A DNA stretch of 63,971 bases, the filler included, from Choristocarpus tenellus KU-1152 (Eukaryota; Protista; Phaeophyceae): the NCBI GenBank assembly GCA_964200185.2. It is 12 parts of 12 records of this genome, joined end to end, with 100 filler letters (N's around TTAATTAATTAA, not from the genome) between each part and the next. Parts side by side here need not be neighbours in the genome. Positions count along the whole stretch, not along the records: positions 1 to 10,606 come from CAXNAD020002838.1; positions 10,707 to 16,184 come from CAXNAD020010655.1; 10 more parts are not named here. One strand, written 5' to 3'. This document shows, one piece after another, positions 1 through 13,700 of this stretch. How positions within the stretch are numbered: the first letter of the stretch is position 1; each line of letters opens with the position of its first letter. Under the pieces are notes generated by a model. The model was not told the DNA's origin. It did no database searches and saw nothing but the letters and a program-made list of their open reading frames with translations. The translations under genes and the position numbers were made by a program.

Positions 1-514
1 TCTGTGTTCGGTTGGGAGGGAGGTAGTGGGCGAATAAATGGCAGGGAGGAAACAAAACAAAAATCTCGAGAAATATCTCAACAAAAAAAAAAAAAAGCAG
101 GACACAGAATTTGACAAGGACTGCAAGGAAGGCAGTGGGAGTCAGTGAAGGGGAGCACTTGGCTCACTTAGAGGACACAAGAGTACACTGGTTTGCAGTC
201 TCTTCTAGAGTCTATTTAGACAATTCTTCAAGGACTCACATCGTCTCTTCCAGTTGGTGAATGCAACAAAACACCTCCACTTGGTCATTTCCACATCAAT
301 GGCCTCTCTCTTCAAACACCTACTACGCCCCAACTTCCCTCCCCTCCCTGCCGCCCCAAAAGACAGGCGAATCCTCTTCCGTGCCTCCCTTTTAGCCTTC
401 CATCTCCTCATCCGAGTACACACCTGGACAAGCCAATCGCCAGTACTCTTCACACGAAACCCGACTCAACATCTCACAGCGAACAAGACCCAGATATCAA
501 GGAACAGGTCTCAC

Positions 515-866
515 CCTTATCCTTTTCCATTCGAAGGGGACCAACCACATGCGGCACCGACCAGGTTTCGCCCCTCCCCTTAGGCCCCGGTTTGCTGGAC
601 GGGGGCGCCACCAGGGGTGAAGTTACCAGGTTCACAAACAGCTAAGTATCAAGGAAATTAGGGAAACAAAACACAAACGGGGATGAGGGATGGGGGCAGG
701 GGAGGGGAAGGCGCAGCGGAAGGGACTGCATACTCTCAGTGGGGGCACACCTTCATATCCCAGGAATGTGAGCGAGTGCCCCAAGACCAAGAAAGTGCTT
801 CCAACAAGGAAGATGAGGACGGTGAAACATAGGAACATCAGCTTGATGCAATTGGCGACGGCATTA

Positions 867-897
<31 letters not shown>

Positions 898-3081
898 TCT
901 CTCCCCGAGAAAGAGCTTCTACTGATAACAAAAACAACGCAAGTCTCTCTCACCGGGATGCAGAGCTCGGGGATCTCAAAACAAACGTGGCAAAGATATA
1001 TTGGAGTATTTTTCTTTTTTTCTTAAAATCTAATGTGCTTGTACTATATATATTAATGATTGAGGGACCTCCACAGATATTGACTGAACTCTACTGTATC
1101 TTCTTGGCGAAAGTCACAGTATCAGGCAAGGTATCAAAACAACAGACAAACAAACAAACAAACAAACAAAAGCTTGACTCTGCAGGACCTCACAAGTATT
1201 GACGGGTTCAAAGTTTCACCTCTTGAAAAATATTCAAGAGTCTGATGGGCAGTGAACAACAAAGGTCCCATTGACTGCGCTGTCAAAGATTCAGCTCTTT
1301 CGTCACGGTGAGAGCGATAAAATGCAATGAAACAAAAAAAATAAAATTCTAAATGTGTTTTTTTGGTCTGCAAAAAAGATACAGGCTGCCATGAACGACA
1401 CAACCACACCTCAAGCATTTCAAGAGATACCCCCACGCACCCACCAACCAACCCCAAACACGCATTCACGCCATCTAACAAACCGGACTCAGCAAAGTTC
1501 CCCTACAGTCTTGTGAGGAGCCTTTTCTACTCAGTGCCTTGTTCAAACAACATACCACCGAGGTTACAACCTTCACGAGGGCAGGGCCTGGGTCAATAGC
1601 GTACCCATCGTGGACGACAAAAAAGAGAGCATCGACATGCACGGAACAAAAATAATAAAAACTGAATAACAACATCTGGATATGTAGTACCCACAAAACT
1701 CAACTAACCTTCTCCTTCTTCAGAGATGTTCCAGTCTCCACCCCACGGGCGAGCTTCGTCTTCACGACAAAGCCAGAGTCGGGACGTATTATTTGCTTTC
1801 CCTTTGGAACTCGATTCTGCTCTTCCAGTTGAGATATGTAGGCCTCTTGTTCCTATGGACAACAAGTGCAGCAAGGTATACACGTAATGCATCACACAAT
1901 TGCATCTGTTGATAAAAGAGAGGCCTTACTCTTACTGCATCACCTCCACGAGAAGAATACAACATTGGTCTGTTGTTACAAAGACCGAGGCATGCAATCA
2001 AAAAACAAGAGTCACTCTTCTTTTCCGGATGCTGTCGATAACATTAGATGTTCAGCTTTGTAAACCAGACCCCCAGGCCATTCAACAGGTGTGAGGTACT
2101 GATGGTAAGAGTAGTGCTGGTACAACACACCACCCTTTGTGCCGGGTCTTGCATCTCCTTCATGTAATCCCTCATCATCTCCTGAAAAGCAGGATCTGCA
2201 AATGCTGTCCTGAACTGCTTTGCCTCCTGCAGGGCCAAGGCAACATACCGTAAGGAAACATGGGTATCTACTTCTGCACATGTACGTACGCCTGACTCAT
2301 AGTGATGACCATCAAGGCGATCGTCAAGGAGGTAAACCATTTTATAAGGAGACAAATCCTACCCACTTACCCAATACATTTCAGGTATCATTAGCATACG
2401 AAAATGCAAAAAAAGAGGCGGGTCCGCTCACGGCTAAGATTGCTGCTACTCGTGTCCATCAAGGTTCAAGCCTTCACAGGAATACTAACCACACACTATT
2501 AAAATTTGGGCATTGATGACTGCTCAAGAATATTCTACAAGTCCTGCTAAGTCATCCAGAGGCTGCCTACCGGATCCTATTGACTCCACAGCAGTTACGG
2601 GAGCCCTTTGCTATTTGGGCAGAAGCAACGAGATGCTTCGCGATCGCTACAACTGGGACTCATGTGTGCCTCATCCGATCAAAGCATCTAGGGCACCCTA
2701 GGAAACTCACGTCTCAACTATCCCAATAGCACAATAGCTTCTAACAATAGGATAACTTTGAGAGTCTGATAAAGAGAAATAAACAGGAAACGCTGATGCC
2801 TGTGCCACTACTTCTACTGCGCAAAGATCTGAGGTTGTGTGGGCATGTAATGTTGTGAATGAAGTAAAACAAAACAGGTTCAGGATTGGGGATGAATCTT
2901 TATGAGAGTATTTCGTGTCTCATCTTCCAATTAGTTTGAAAGTCGAGGTGAAGTGGTCCCTGCTTTTGTGTCTCACCTCCTTGGAGATCTCGAATTCCTT
3001 GCGTGCCCCATCAACCCCATCAGCCTGTCCAGCTATTATCTCTTCAAGTTTCTGCTGCATTACCTTCCCCTCCATTTCCAT
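515..3081 (-). CDS. DNAAF2: Kintoun / PF13 dynein axonemal assembly factor 2 (PIH1 domain), 5' part; exons 3081-2977, 2226-2131, 1852-1709, 641-515; continues beyond window start
   Basis: Phase-consistent GT-AG exons give MEMEGKVMQQKLEEII...EFEISKE/EAKQFRTAFADPAFQEMMRDYMKEMQDPAQRV/EQEAYISQLEEQNRVPKGKQIIRPDSGFVVKTK.../LFVNLVTSP...WSVPHVVGPLRMEKDKG, matching the Kintoun N-terminus and PIH1 motifs (PGFVxKT, FVNI, WSxP). Confidence 0.88.
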
Positions 3082-3525
3082 AGAATTGCGCCTCCCTGGT
3101 CCAGGTTATTGAATTTTCAAGTTATCCCTGTGACCCTGGGCCAGGAGAGAGTTGAGTGGGAGAGTTGGATGTACCAACTCGCCCAGAACGGCGGTTTCAC
3201 TCCCCACCACCTGCCTTTCTCTTCAGTCAAGGTCAGTTAACACAATTACGAGTGTATGTGTGGGTGTGTGGGTGTGTGCGTGTGTGTCACAGATCAAATA
3301 GGAAAGGTTAATTCCTCGCTTAGCAGTGCCCGTCTTTGGGAAGGATATTTTCTAAAAGTTGTAATGTACTCTCACAGTTGTCTTCACTCTCTACTTCTCA
3401 TCAACGAAGATTTAAACCTCACACAAAACTAACTATATATTTGTTTAACTCACAATTATGAGGAGGCGTTCTCTTAGGAACAACCTCACAACTTCACCCT
3501 ACACTTCACATCAAGATTCACAATC

Positions 3526-5431
3526 ATGACAGCATGGAAGCAGTTCACTGCTCGGGTCGACGCTCGTGCTGCGGAGATCCTGCGCCGCAAGCATTTGAAA
3601 GGGTGAGAGTAAGAGATCTATCCTTGAGATAGCCACACAGGATCCTCGCTGCGTTCCATGGCCATAAATGACCAAGCATGTCTTTCTATCCACCTGACAT
3701 GAGTTCTCGATGCCTTATGTGTAACTAACTCTGTCCCTTCTGGGACCGTTCCTCAGCAAAAATAAGGAGCTTGCATGGGATTGGCATGCGTGGAACTTAG
3801 CTCTGTCGTTATCTCCTTCAGTCGTATTGTTGGGAGTATATATGCACAAGGAGAAATTGATGTTAGATGAAGCCGAGAGAAGGGAGAAGATTATGGAGCA
3901 GACGGGAATCAGCAGTCGCGGGTATCTAATGCCAAGAAGAGAAGTGCGGGAAAAAGTTCAGGAAATGTTGAAATCCAGTGGCGGCAGAGGGTATTCAGAT
4001 TTCCCTGACCTTCCTGCAAAGGTGTGAAGGAACAAAACGAAAGATATCTTACAGAGATGGAACTGAATACCCAACCAGATATAGAAATGACTTTGGCCGA
4101 ACACTACCCGTCTATTGAAGTATATCTCCGTCTGCTAGCATGGCACCCCTCCCTTCCGGTCTCTTTCTTAGATGCATTGCGGTCCGAGGTATTGGACTTT
4201 GGTGGAGAACGCGTAACGAAGAAATGTGTGATTGTTGAAGTAATTGCACCCGGTCTAGATGCTCGTATTTAGATAGCGACCGCAGCATTCTTTAGACAAG
4301 AATCCCAGCACAACCTCAACATGAGCCCTAAACTATGGTGTCATGTCTTGCTCGTTGTCTTATGCAGGGTACGGCTGTTACGAGCATAGGGGGCGTGGAC
4401 GACGAAAAATGGCAAGGGTTATTGGAACGCGTGGAACAAATGGAAAGGAGGTTAAATGAAGTGGAGCAAACGGACGATAATGGTGCCCGTACTCTGGGGT
4501 CGAATCAGGCAGAATCCACTACAGGTAACAAATAATACATATTTAGGGAGGAATCCGTACTACCTCCGTTGAGATCAATGTTTTATGATATGTGTGCTGG
4601 GTGTGTCTACTTGCAGTGCTAAAGCAAAATCAAAGATGTTGTAGGTAGTTGGTTTCGCTGCTTAGGAGGTTTTTCTAAGAAAACATTAGTAATAACTGAA
4701 TCATGGATTGAACCGTAAGAATCCTGATGTTGGTGGATGAGGGTAGTTTTGTGGGTGGAATCACTGAGTGCAGAGTCCTTTTAATGACTGCCCTTAGTTG
4801 GCTTAATAAGCAGTGTATGTTCAAAGTAGGATGCTAGAAGTCCTCTTCTCCCAGCGAGTCACCTTGTTTCGAAAAGCTTACTACATAACCCCTTGAAGGG
4901 TGCGATTTTTGTGGACAACACCTATACCTTGAGCAATGCATGCCATACAATTTTGCATCTGACTGATTAATTGACCCCTTACATCAACAATCAGGAGTGA
5001 CTAGCGACACCACTTGTAACATTAATCACCAAGAGGAAAGAGCAGAGGCTAAAGAAGGAAAGGAAGATGAGGAGTCCTGGTCAATACTGCAATGGCTTAC
5101 TGGTATGTCAGAGGCAGGAAGAAATGCTGTGGCAGATAAAGTAGCAGAAGCAAGGCATTGGATTCTTGACAGAGGTGCTGAGGCAGTGGATTGGGCAGCA
5201 GAGGAGGCAGATGCCACAGGGAGGTGGGCATTGAATAGCGGGTTAAGGCTAGCACAGGAGTTATTGGAGGCGGGTAAAGATTGGATAGGGGTACGAGTGG
5301 ACATAGGGGAGGGGAAGGGGCAGGAGGAGAGGGAAGAGTTTACAGCAGCTTCAGAAATAAATGGAGGCACCAGTGGAACAGAACACAATGATGCTGAGAT
5401 TCGGCAAGAGAAGCAGGACTATGAGGACTAA
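3526..5431 (+). CDS. Hypothetical protein with one predicted hydrophobic segment and coiled-coil; exons 3526-3602, 3757-4021, 4368-4524, 4995-5431
   Basis: Four exons with canonical GT-AG sites and matching phases (2,0,1) give a continuous ORF MTAWKQFTARVDARAAEILRRKHLKGKNKELAWDWHAWNLALSLSPSVVLLGVYM...QDYED*. Confidence 0.7.
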
Positions 5432-6387
5432 GTTAGGTAGCTGTGATGCCACTGTTTTCTTGCTTCAATACCCTGCATCTTTTGTGTTTTTTATTTGTGC
5501 AATGAAAATACTTAAGGGAACAATTGTGTTGCTGAGACGCAAAGCGATGCATTTCTTTTGGTGGCCAAGTTGCCGACTACTGGTGCTGACGGAACACACC
5601 CTTGTTTCACAGGCAAACCAGGTGAAATAGTGTTTGACGTATGAACCTTGACCCAAACTGTTTATTTACAGAATATTGTCTTCATTGCACAATGTATCTA
5701 TTCCTTTAGTGTAAATCCTCTGCATATCCCTGTTACTGCAGGGAAAGGGTATTGTGCAGGACTTTCTTGTACATAAGATTACACGTAGCAGTGAGAGATA
5801 CCTTTCTGTCTCAACACCCCAGACTACACAACATTCGGTAGTGAGGTTCGAGGTATATTGATATTGATATTGCTATCTCCATCAGATTCATCAACTGGTT
5901 TCCAAGGAGTGCGTAAGATAATGTATCAAAGTTGAATGCCTCCTTGTCCCTGAGCTGCCCATGCTTGTGTACGGATTTTCCCCCTCTCCATGCACCCATA
6001 CATATTGATTGCGGCAGTGCAGTGGTCACTTTCTTCTGTAAGTGTCGATCAGCATGTAGGGGGGAGTTGGTCTTTTCTGCGCTTACGTTCAGCAACCACA
6101 TATCTTCTTGTGCTTTTTGCACTGATGTCTTTGAGCTCAGGGTACGGTACAGTAATGAACACTTCTCCCTCATTCGCGTCTCGATCCTCGGTTGGCCTCA
6201 CCAAGAAGTGTGATCACTACTGTTCCTTTAACTGCACATACACCAGTGTCGCGCAATTCATCAGTCCCTTGGTCTACATGCCAGCGGGTTCGTTCCACTT
6301 TGTTGAGACACGAGACAGACACCAAAACCCCACGCTTCATATGTGCTGAAGTAGGCAGTAATAGTCATGAAGAAGTATGGACATACT

Positions 6388-8309
6388 CTACAATGTAACT
6401 GCGAAGCTGTTCCTGCCTCGACCCTGCCTGACTTCCTTGAGCACCCCAGCACTCTCCAATGCCTTCTCCGTAACCCCTGGTTTTATCCTTTTACCTTTAT
6501 AAATGACGTGTCTCTCTTGTGGCCTATCCCCCTCCACCCCAAAACTGCACCCCTCTGGTGTACTCTCCTGTGGACCTCTCCGTATGGCAGTGGCACAGAA
6601 GAAAGCAACTCTTGGAGAGTCGCGGGACTCTCGAACCTGAAAGCCGGCCAACTCCAGGGTTTTCCTGAAGCTTTCTTTTGTGGTGTAGCAGCTGTTGGTG
6701 AGACAGAGGAGAGGTATCATAAGGAAGAGGTGCCCCCCCGGGCGAAGATGGTCATGATATCCCATGAGCATCTTTCCCCGCCCCTCTGGTGTGGGCACAC
6801 AGTTGAGGACCATACTGAGAGGGTACACGGTGTGCAATCAATGAAGGTGGGGAAAGAGCCATTGGCTGGGATCTCAGAAGTGGAGTTATACACAACCAAA
6901 ATGAGGTGTTAAAACATATGCCAGAGCTCAGGAGTGGTGGGTGAGTGGATGGAAACCACCATAGGTGATCATTTGAAGCAAAATGTACAACCTATGGGGG
7001 AAGGCAGGGATGTGTTACGTAAATTGATGTTTGCTATACCAAACCATGCACGAAGTTAATGACAGTATAGTATGGTACATTGACTAGCCCACACAAATTT
7101 TCTGGCATGTAGGACACCCCAAAATTATGTTTGTCTAAACCAGTAATAGAGAAACAAATCAACTTCGAAACCCTTACTGTGCATGGCTTTAACCTTCTGG
7201 AACAGTAGAGTCACTTAACCTCTAGCATGTGGATATTGCTTACCGAACATTAGGTGTTGGACACAACTATTTTATGTCCATTCAGCCTCTGAGATGTGGC
7301 CCCCTGTTGTGGCCACGGGCGTCATTTGCTTTCAAGTAGGGCCTTGTGTAACCAAAGCGTATTTTTTCAGGATTAAAATTGAATTATGGATCTCTGTGCG
7401 CAAGGGTGTGGATGGGGAGCACCTCATCGGAGTTTTGCTTAACTCTCGAGCAACATCAGGACTACATCTGTCATCTCCATTTTTAATTTGACCGGAAGCG
7501 ATCGGACAGAGGATATCCAACACTGGGATGTGCTTTTGATGTTTGGGTGCACCTACCATAATCCTGAACAAAATAGACTACCACCTGTAAAGAGGAGGAC
7601 CTGCATCCCAAGAACATCACCTTGATGCAACCACATCGTACTCAGTAGCTGGTGGTAACGCGAAGAAGTCTCGCTCTTCGATGCGTGGGTGCGATGACTT
7701 GAGATCGATCGCACGGACCTCCAGCCAGGACACGTCTAATAGACGAGTGTTGATGGCTCCAACCTGACCACCGAGAGCAATGGAAGTTGAAATATCATGC
7801 CTACATCACAACCCAGGGATTGTATGTCTGCAAGGAGCACCGCGAAAGGAGTTTCGCTAGTTAAAGCATGGACTGGGTAGCGAATTGAGGATTGCGACTG
7901 CAATATTTTATTGTGTTGTAGCCCTCACCTCTAGAACCTTCAACGGTGGATTACCCTTCCCTGGACGCAGATCCATCTTAGTGAGTTGCTGCGTAATCCA
8001 CTTTGAGGTGTTATGGAATCCCACCGACAAGAGACTCGCACTTTGGTATGCTTGCCTTTCCTCTTCCAGTTGTTGCTGCAATTCCCTGAGTCGCCTCTTT
8101 CCACTAGTCCCCTCACCATGACACCCTGACCTTGCTGCTTCATCATCCACCTCCTTAGCCAGTTTGTGGAACGAGGTAACAATTTTTCGTGCACGCTTTC
8201 GCGACTTCACTGGTGCGGGTACCTGCACGTTGCAAAAGCATCGAGCCCCAGAAAACACACGCAAGTACGTAAGACACTTTGATACATCGTATCACCCCGT
8301 TCTCACCAT
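6388..8309 (-). CDS. BMT2: 25S rRNA adenine-N1 methyltransferase Bmt2/SAMTOR family; exons 8309-8307 (ATG only, tentative), 8222-7929, 7763-7621, 6814-6388
   Basis: Spliced product contains ARKIVTSFH, AYQSAS, TSKW, LKVLEVGA, IDLKS..IEERDFF, YDVVASSMVLNCVPTPEGRGKML, LRPGGHLFLMIP..CL.NS.Y and terminal NSFAVTL*, all typical of Bmt2. Confidence 0.85.
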
Positions 8310-8857
8310 CCACCCCACTCAGCAGCACATTTCAAGCCATCCATGTACCTATACTCACCAAGGGCATAGGTTTACGCTTTGGGTTTCTTGTCATTTTTTG
8401 CTGCTTAGCTCAGTGCCTACGGCGTCGTGTGAAAAGAGCACATGGCCACAACACACCAGACGGAAAGGGAGGGGGACAGTCAATACTTGGTTGTAGTTAT
8501 ATGAAGTAAACTAATATTATTAGTACTATAGTTCGTGCCTCTGCACGCCGCACAATACCTCTCCCAACCAAAATCCAAAATTAAAATCTCAGGATCAAGT
8601 TTCTCGTTTCTCCCTATATAATATCCATTCTTCTCTGTGCTCAGTCGACCTCCCTGTCCTATTATCCAACACTTTCGTGTCCCACACCACCAGGTATGCT
8701 TCCTGCTTGTCCTGGTGTGTTCTAGCCGTTCTCTGATCCTGATGCCCCCTCTTTGCATTCGTAATCTATTGACTCCCTACGGACCTCCCTTTCCTCGGTT
8801 TCCACTCTCCAGATCTATCTTCCCCTCCTGATTTATTCATCTGTATACCTCCCCAAA

Positions 8858-10477
8858 ATGTTCACATTCAACGTGCGCTTTGATTATGCTACGGTTCTTC
8901 AAGAGTAGTGCTATCGTACGTAGGGCATGCTTACAACATTTGTAGGTTGCAGTTACAATAGGTATTCGCATATAACCTTCGTCAGCCTATCCGTATCTAT
9001 TTTGTCTTTCCAGGACTCCATGAAAAACGTCGATTGTGGAGATGGAATCGGGGCGGCGGGAATACGAATCGATGACTCTGAGGGAGATATTGAATCCCCT
9101 TCACTCAGAGCGTTTTCGCTTACCCCTTGTTCGGGCCCGCTCACGACCAGGATCCCAGCAGCAGAAGATGTTGCGGACCTCAGCTCTGACGAATCTGTTG
9201 TGTCCGAAACAAAGACCGATGGAAAAATCGATCATGTCTCTATCCTGGAGGAGAAGGAGCAATGGGGGGAAGTGGACGAAAAGCTCGAGCTAAGTTCACC
9301 TCCCATTGCTGCCAACACCCAAGCAGCCGCTCGTATTTCTGCCCCTTCCCCTTCTCCGAGGAAACTCTCTTTGATATCGCCCTCACAAGCTGAAGATAGT
9401 GATGGCATCTATCTCAGCACAGATAAGAAGGAAGCGTCGGAGCCAAGGGTCTCAGTAGGTGGACCTAGAGGCACCAAACGTCTTTGTCGTTCATACCCAT
9501 TGTTGAGAGAGGGCGAGGACCAGGTATATGCCTGCCTTGTAGCTTGCGCTAGTTGCAGGCGTCCGAATAATGGACAGGATGTGTTCGATTGCATCAGTCA
9601 TGCCCATCCCAAGCACCCCTCGCCCCGAATCGTGAGAGAGAGGAGACTGACTGGGATGTACAAGTACCGTGTGATTCTCTCACCAGAGCAAGAGAAACTG
9701 GAGACTACAACCAGAAACTCCAACAAAGCTATGCTGAAGTGGGATGCAGGTCTTAAGTGCTGCATCCCCTGCATCATGTGTGAGGGGAGAACACTGGGCT
9801 CATGCTTGAAGAAGGGGCATAACCTGAGGGTGAGTGTCATTGCTCCAGTCTGTGCTTACAGAGTGCGCGGGTGCATCAGGTGTTTGAAAAAACAACAAAA
9901 AATTATCTGGAGGATCGATTTTGAACAGCTTTTCTATACATTTTATACTTTGTGATCTCCAAGGTTGGCTCTGAGAGACAGCACAGATGCGGGCTGGAAG
10001 TGAAGCATCGAACTCTTCCCTTTTATAGAAAGTCCATAATGCACTAATGAAGCATATTTAAAAGTTGTGAGCGGTCTCCAAATTTCAGGACATCACCATA
10101 TTTACCTAAGCTCTTGCAATTTATGCCTAGAAGCATTGCTGCAGTCTGCTCTCTTTCCACTCCGCTGTTCTTCTGAATTGACCTTGCCCGTTGTACACAT
10201 ATGGAGGCCTGGGGAATGCAGTTTGTAGGGACGACAACCTTTTGAATGTTTCAGTCAGAGTTTTTCGTGACTGGGGCACACTGCTACGTAACCCTTCAAA
10301 AGACACATTTTGCTCAAGAACCACGGGGAAAGTCCTAAAGTATACCCACAATGGGACTCTTTTGAAAGCTGTGACAGTGTTGTTCTCTTTCAGATTCCGT
10401 ACTTTGAAAATGAATACACCTCTTGTGCCCCCAAGTTGTGCAGAAAGAGTGTCGGGGGTTGTGACCAGCTTGCCTGA
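8858..10477 (+). CDS. Hypothetical protein with low-complexity N-half and two CxxC..C-x4-H motifs; exons 8858-8872 (tentative), 9014-9829, 10394-10477 (tentative)
   Basis: 816-nt open exon bounded by tctttccag and gtgagt; motifs CASCRRPNNGQDVFDCISHAH and CIMCEGRTLGSCLKKGH; strong acceptor ttctctttcag at 10393. Confidence 0.6.
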
Positions 10478-10606
10478 AGAAGGTTCTAGAAAAGAACCAC
10501 AGAGTTCAAACGTACGCTAAACTAAAGTTCAAAGTATCTGGGGGGGGGGGGGGGGGGGGGGGGTGGGGGGGGGGTGGCCGGTCAAAACAAATCTTTTTTT
10601 TTTTGT

Positions 10607-10706
10607 NNNNNNNNNNNNNNNNNNNNNNNNNNNNNNNNNNNNNNNNNNNNTTAATTAATTAANNNNNNNNNNNNNNNNNNNNNNNNNNNNNNNNNNNNNN
10701 NNNNNN
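10607..10706. other. Artificial contig spacer (N44-TTAATTAATTAA-N44); same spacer at 16185-16284, 19451-19550, 24998-25097, 31098-31197, 33939-34038, 42962-43061, 47377-47476, 50439-50538, 56663-56762, 61304-61403
   Basis: Identical 100-nt linker with stops in all six frames occurs 11 times. Confidence 0.98.
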
Positions 10707-10730
10707 CCTAACCAGTATGTGTGGGCTGAC

Positions 10731-13700
10731 CTCATCTAACACCACAGCCCTGCAGTCCTCCAAACTGAGTTCCTCTGCCTCAAGCAGGGTTGACACCCGT
10801 CCAGGCGTTGCTACCAGCACATCCACACCCTCCTATAAACCATTACCACCATCATCATCATCACCATGATTATTGTTATTATTAATATTATTTATCACCA
10901 TGGAGGGGGGGGAAGAGATTGGTAACATGAATGGCGATTTCAGGTCTAGGCGTTAGGGTTAGGGTTAGATGAAAAGAATGAGATGATACTATACTGACAA
11001 CAATAATAATTTTAGCACCATAAATATGGCACTAACAGAAATGCCTAATGATAGGTATCACAATAGGTATCACATTGAGGATCTGTTATGAAACATACTG
11101 AATACACATATTTACAAGACATGCCATTAAGGGTTGGGGTTAGCTCAAAAGTGTCACATCATTTCATCAATCGCCATCCCCCTAACCCTAACCCTAACCC
11201 TCTTCCATTCTAAAGCATGTTTGAGTTACTGCTATTACATGTGGTCCATGAACCAAAAAATCCTCTCTCTCGAGTGTCAATACAATATCTATCCCTAACC
11301 CTAACCCTAACCAAATAATCTATCCAAATTGACAATACATGTGGTACTACATTCCCTAACCCTAATCCAAATTGCATCACAACGATGAACTACCACCCTA
11401 ACATCTTAACCAACTCATACACAAAGCACAAAACACTAAATACACTAGTAAACCCTTCATGACACTAATACACCATCTACAATTCCAATACAAGAATAAA
11501 GATGAGGATGAGACAATGTTCATCATTCCTTAGTTAATATTTAACTTCTCCCACAGGAGCTATTACTGAGTGAAGCATATCTATTCCTATGTTAATTTGG
11601 CCAATAGAGTATGTGCTGAAACTATGTTATTATTGTTGTAATTTTAAATATTATTATTAATGAAAAGTGCCACACACCACCTTAGGGTTAGGGTTAGCCT
11701 AACCCTAACACCACCATCATTACATTTGATCAAATACACTAATATCTTTTATAGACAGTAGTATAGACAGTAGTGGTACATATATAACGGTAAAATGCAA
11801 TGGTAACAATAATAATAATAATAAGATCTCTTCCTGTATCGCCTCTCTGAATATACCGGCAAACCTCCTGATAATAACAAAATTTTCATAATATTGGAAA
11901 GAATTCCGATAACATTTTTAATGCCTAGAACTGTTGGAAAGCAGTATAGGATCATGAATTATGACATTCCCAAACAGAAAGGTCCTAAGAACAAAACCAT
12001 ATTAGCCCCCCCCAATAGGACTAATAAGAATAAAATAATTTCTTGCCATTGAAGTGTTACATATATATATAGCAACAAGAAAGTCTAAAAGAATACACCT
12101 GTTTGAAAGAGAAGAGTGACAAGTCGTGGAAAGGTTAATTGCTTGTTATAAATAATTTTTCCAGTACATAATAGTTGACTAATCAGAGCTAGGGTTAGGG
12201 ATAGGGGATGCAGGAGGTTGCAATTTGACTAATGATAGCACCATATTGATATAGTGTGCAAAAAAAAAAGCCATACCTTTCATTGATTCTACAGTGATAC
12301 ACAATACATCAGTAGTATGCAAATAATCAATACAAGTGCCGTATCTTGTTTGATACTTACAATAACCCTAACCCCAAGCGAAACAAATTACATGAACTGA
12401 ACCCTAACCCTAACCCTAACTACTATTCTAACAGCTCACACTACATCCTCTGGAGATAATACACCTGAAAAATGTGATGACCAGTCACATGTCACGTTGA
12501 CTTCACAGACCTAACTGTTCTTCCAACAAATACACCAAATACACGCAATAACTTACATTGACCTACACACCACAATACCACACTACTATATTGACATGAA
12601 TACCATGTTACCATGTATCACACTATTACATTGACATCAATACCATGTTTCATATGAACACATGTACCTGCAAGAGTTTAACCTGAGTCTTGAAAGACCT
12701 TCCTGCCCCCCCTGTGAAGCAGCATGAACGAAAGGGTATGGTGTAGGATAACTGTTGGGCCACCCCTTGAACCTGTCGGGCAATGTCACAAAAAGCATCA
12801 ATTATCATCCACAAAATTCATACAATGATTATTAATACGACATTTGTCAGAAAAAAAAGTGGGTAAAAATGATTACAAAAAAAAGAATTGAGAAAAACAT
12901 TTACATTACGGTATGTGTCAGGCTACTTACTCCAAAGAGGATTACAAAGTGGGGCATAGTGTATCACTTGTGTGATGTAACATGATATTATATTGGCATT
13001 CAATGACGTGTGATAGTAAGTAAAGAGTTAATACTATTAATATTATTATTATAGTATGTTACAGGCATTGGTCGCTTGTGTTGATGGGAAGAACCAACAA
13101 GGAGATAAAGGTTACTGACTCTTATATAAATAGTATCAATATCACTACTGAATTAATAGTATTGAATGAGGTTAAAAGCGTTAGGGCTAACTCATCACTA
13201 GTACTATCAGTAGCACAATGGCAGTGTTTCTCAAGGGGCTGCAAAAGAGATGAATAGTTCGCATTTTAAAAGTTCAACCATGTATGAAACAACTCATTAC
13301 AGACAGGGAAAGTCTCCTGGGGTAGGGTTAAATGATAAGACATTCTAAATATAATTTAACGTGATTCTAAGAAATCTTGTCAGCAACTAGAGATTGAAAT
13401 TGAAATTGAAATGACTAGGGTTAGGGTTAGGGTGAATGATAACACAAACAGGACAGAAAATAGGATACTGTTAAGGTTTAGGATACTGTTAAGGTTTCAC
13501 CGAAGAAATTGTTTGATAGTAAAAAAATGTAATGTACCTCAAAAATGAAAGATCAGAACATAACTGTGCATTACTCCTGCTATTACATACCTCCCTCTCA
13601 GCAACCATCATGTACCCACTAATGACCATCAAACAACAGCAGCAATACATGTCATACATATCCTCAACTAAGACCGGATTGCAACTGTATCTCTACCTGT

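Noticed and set aside
205-453. 82-aa basic minus-strand ORF
   Set aside because: Lies in the DNAAF2 intron, is out of phase with the upstream exon, and lacks the expected PIH1 continuation.
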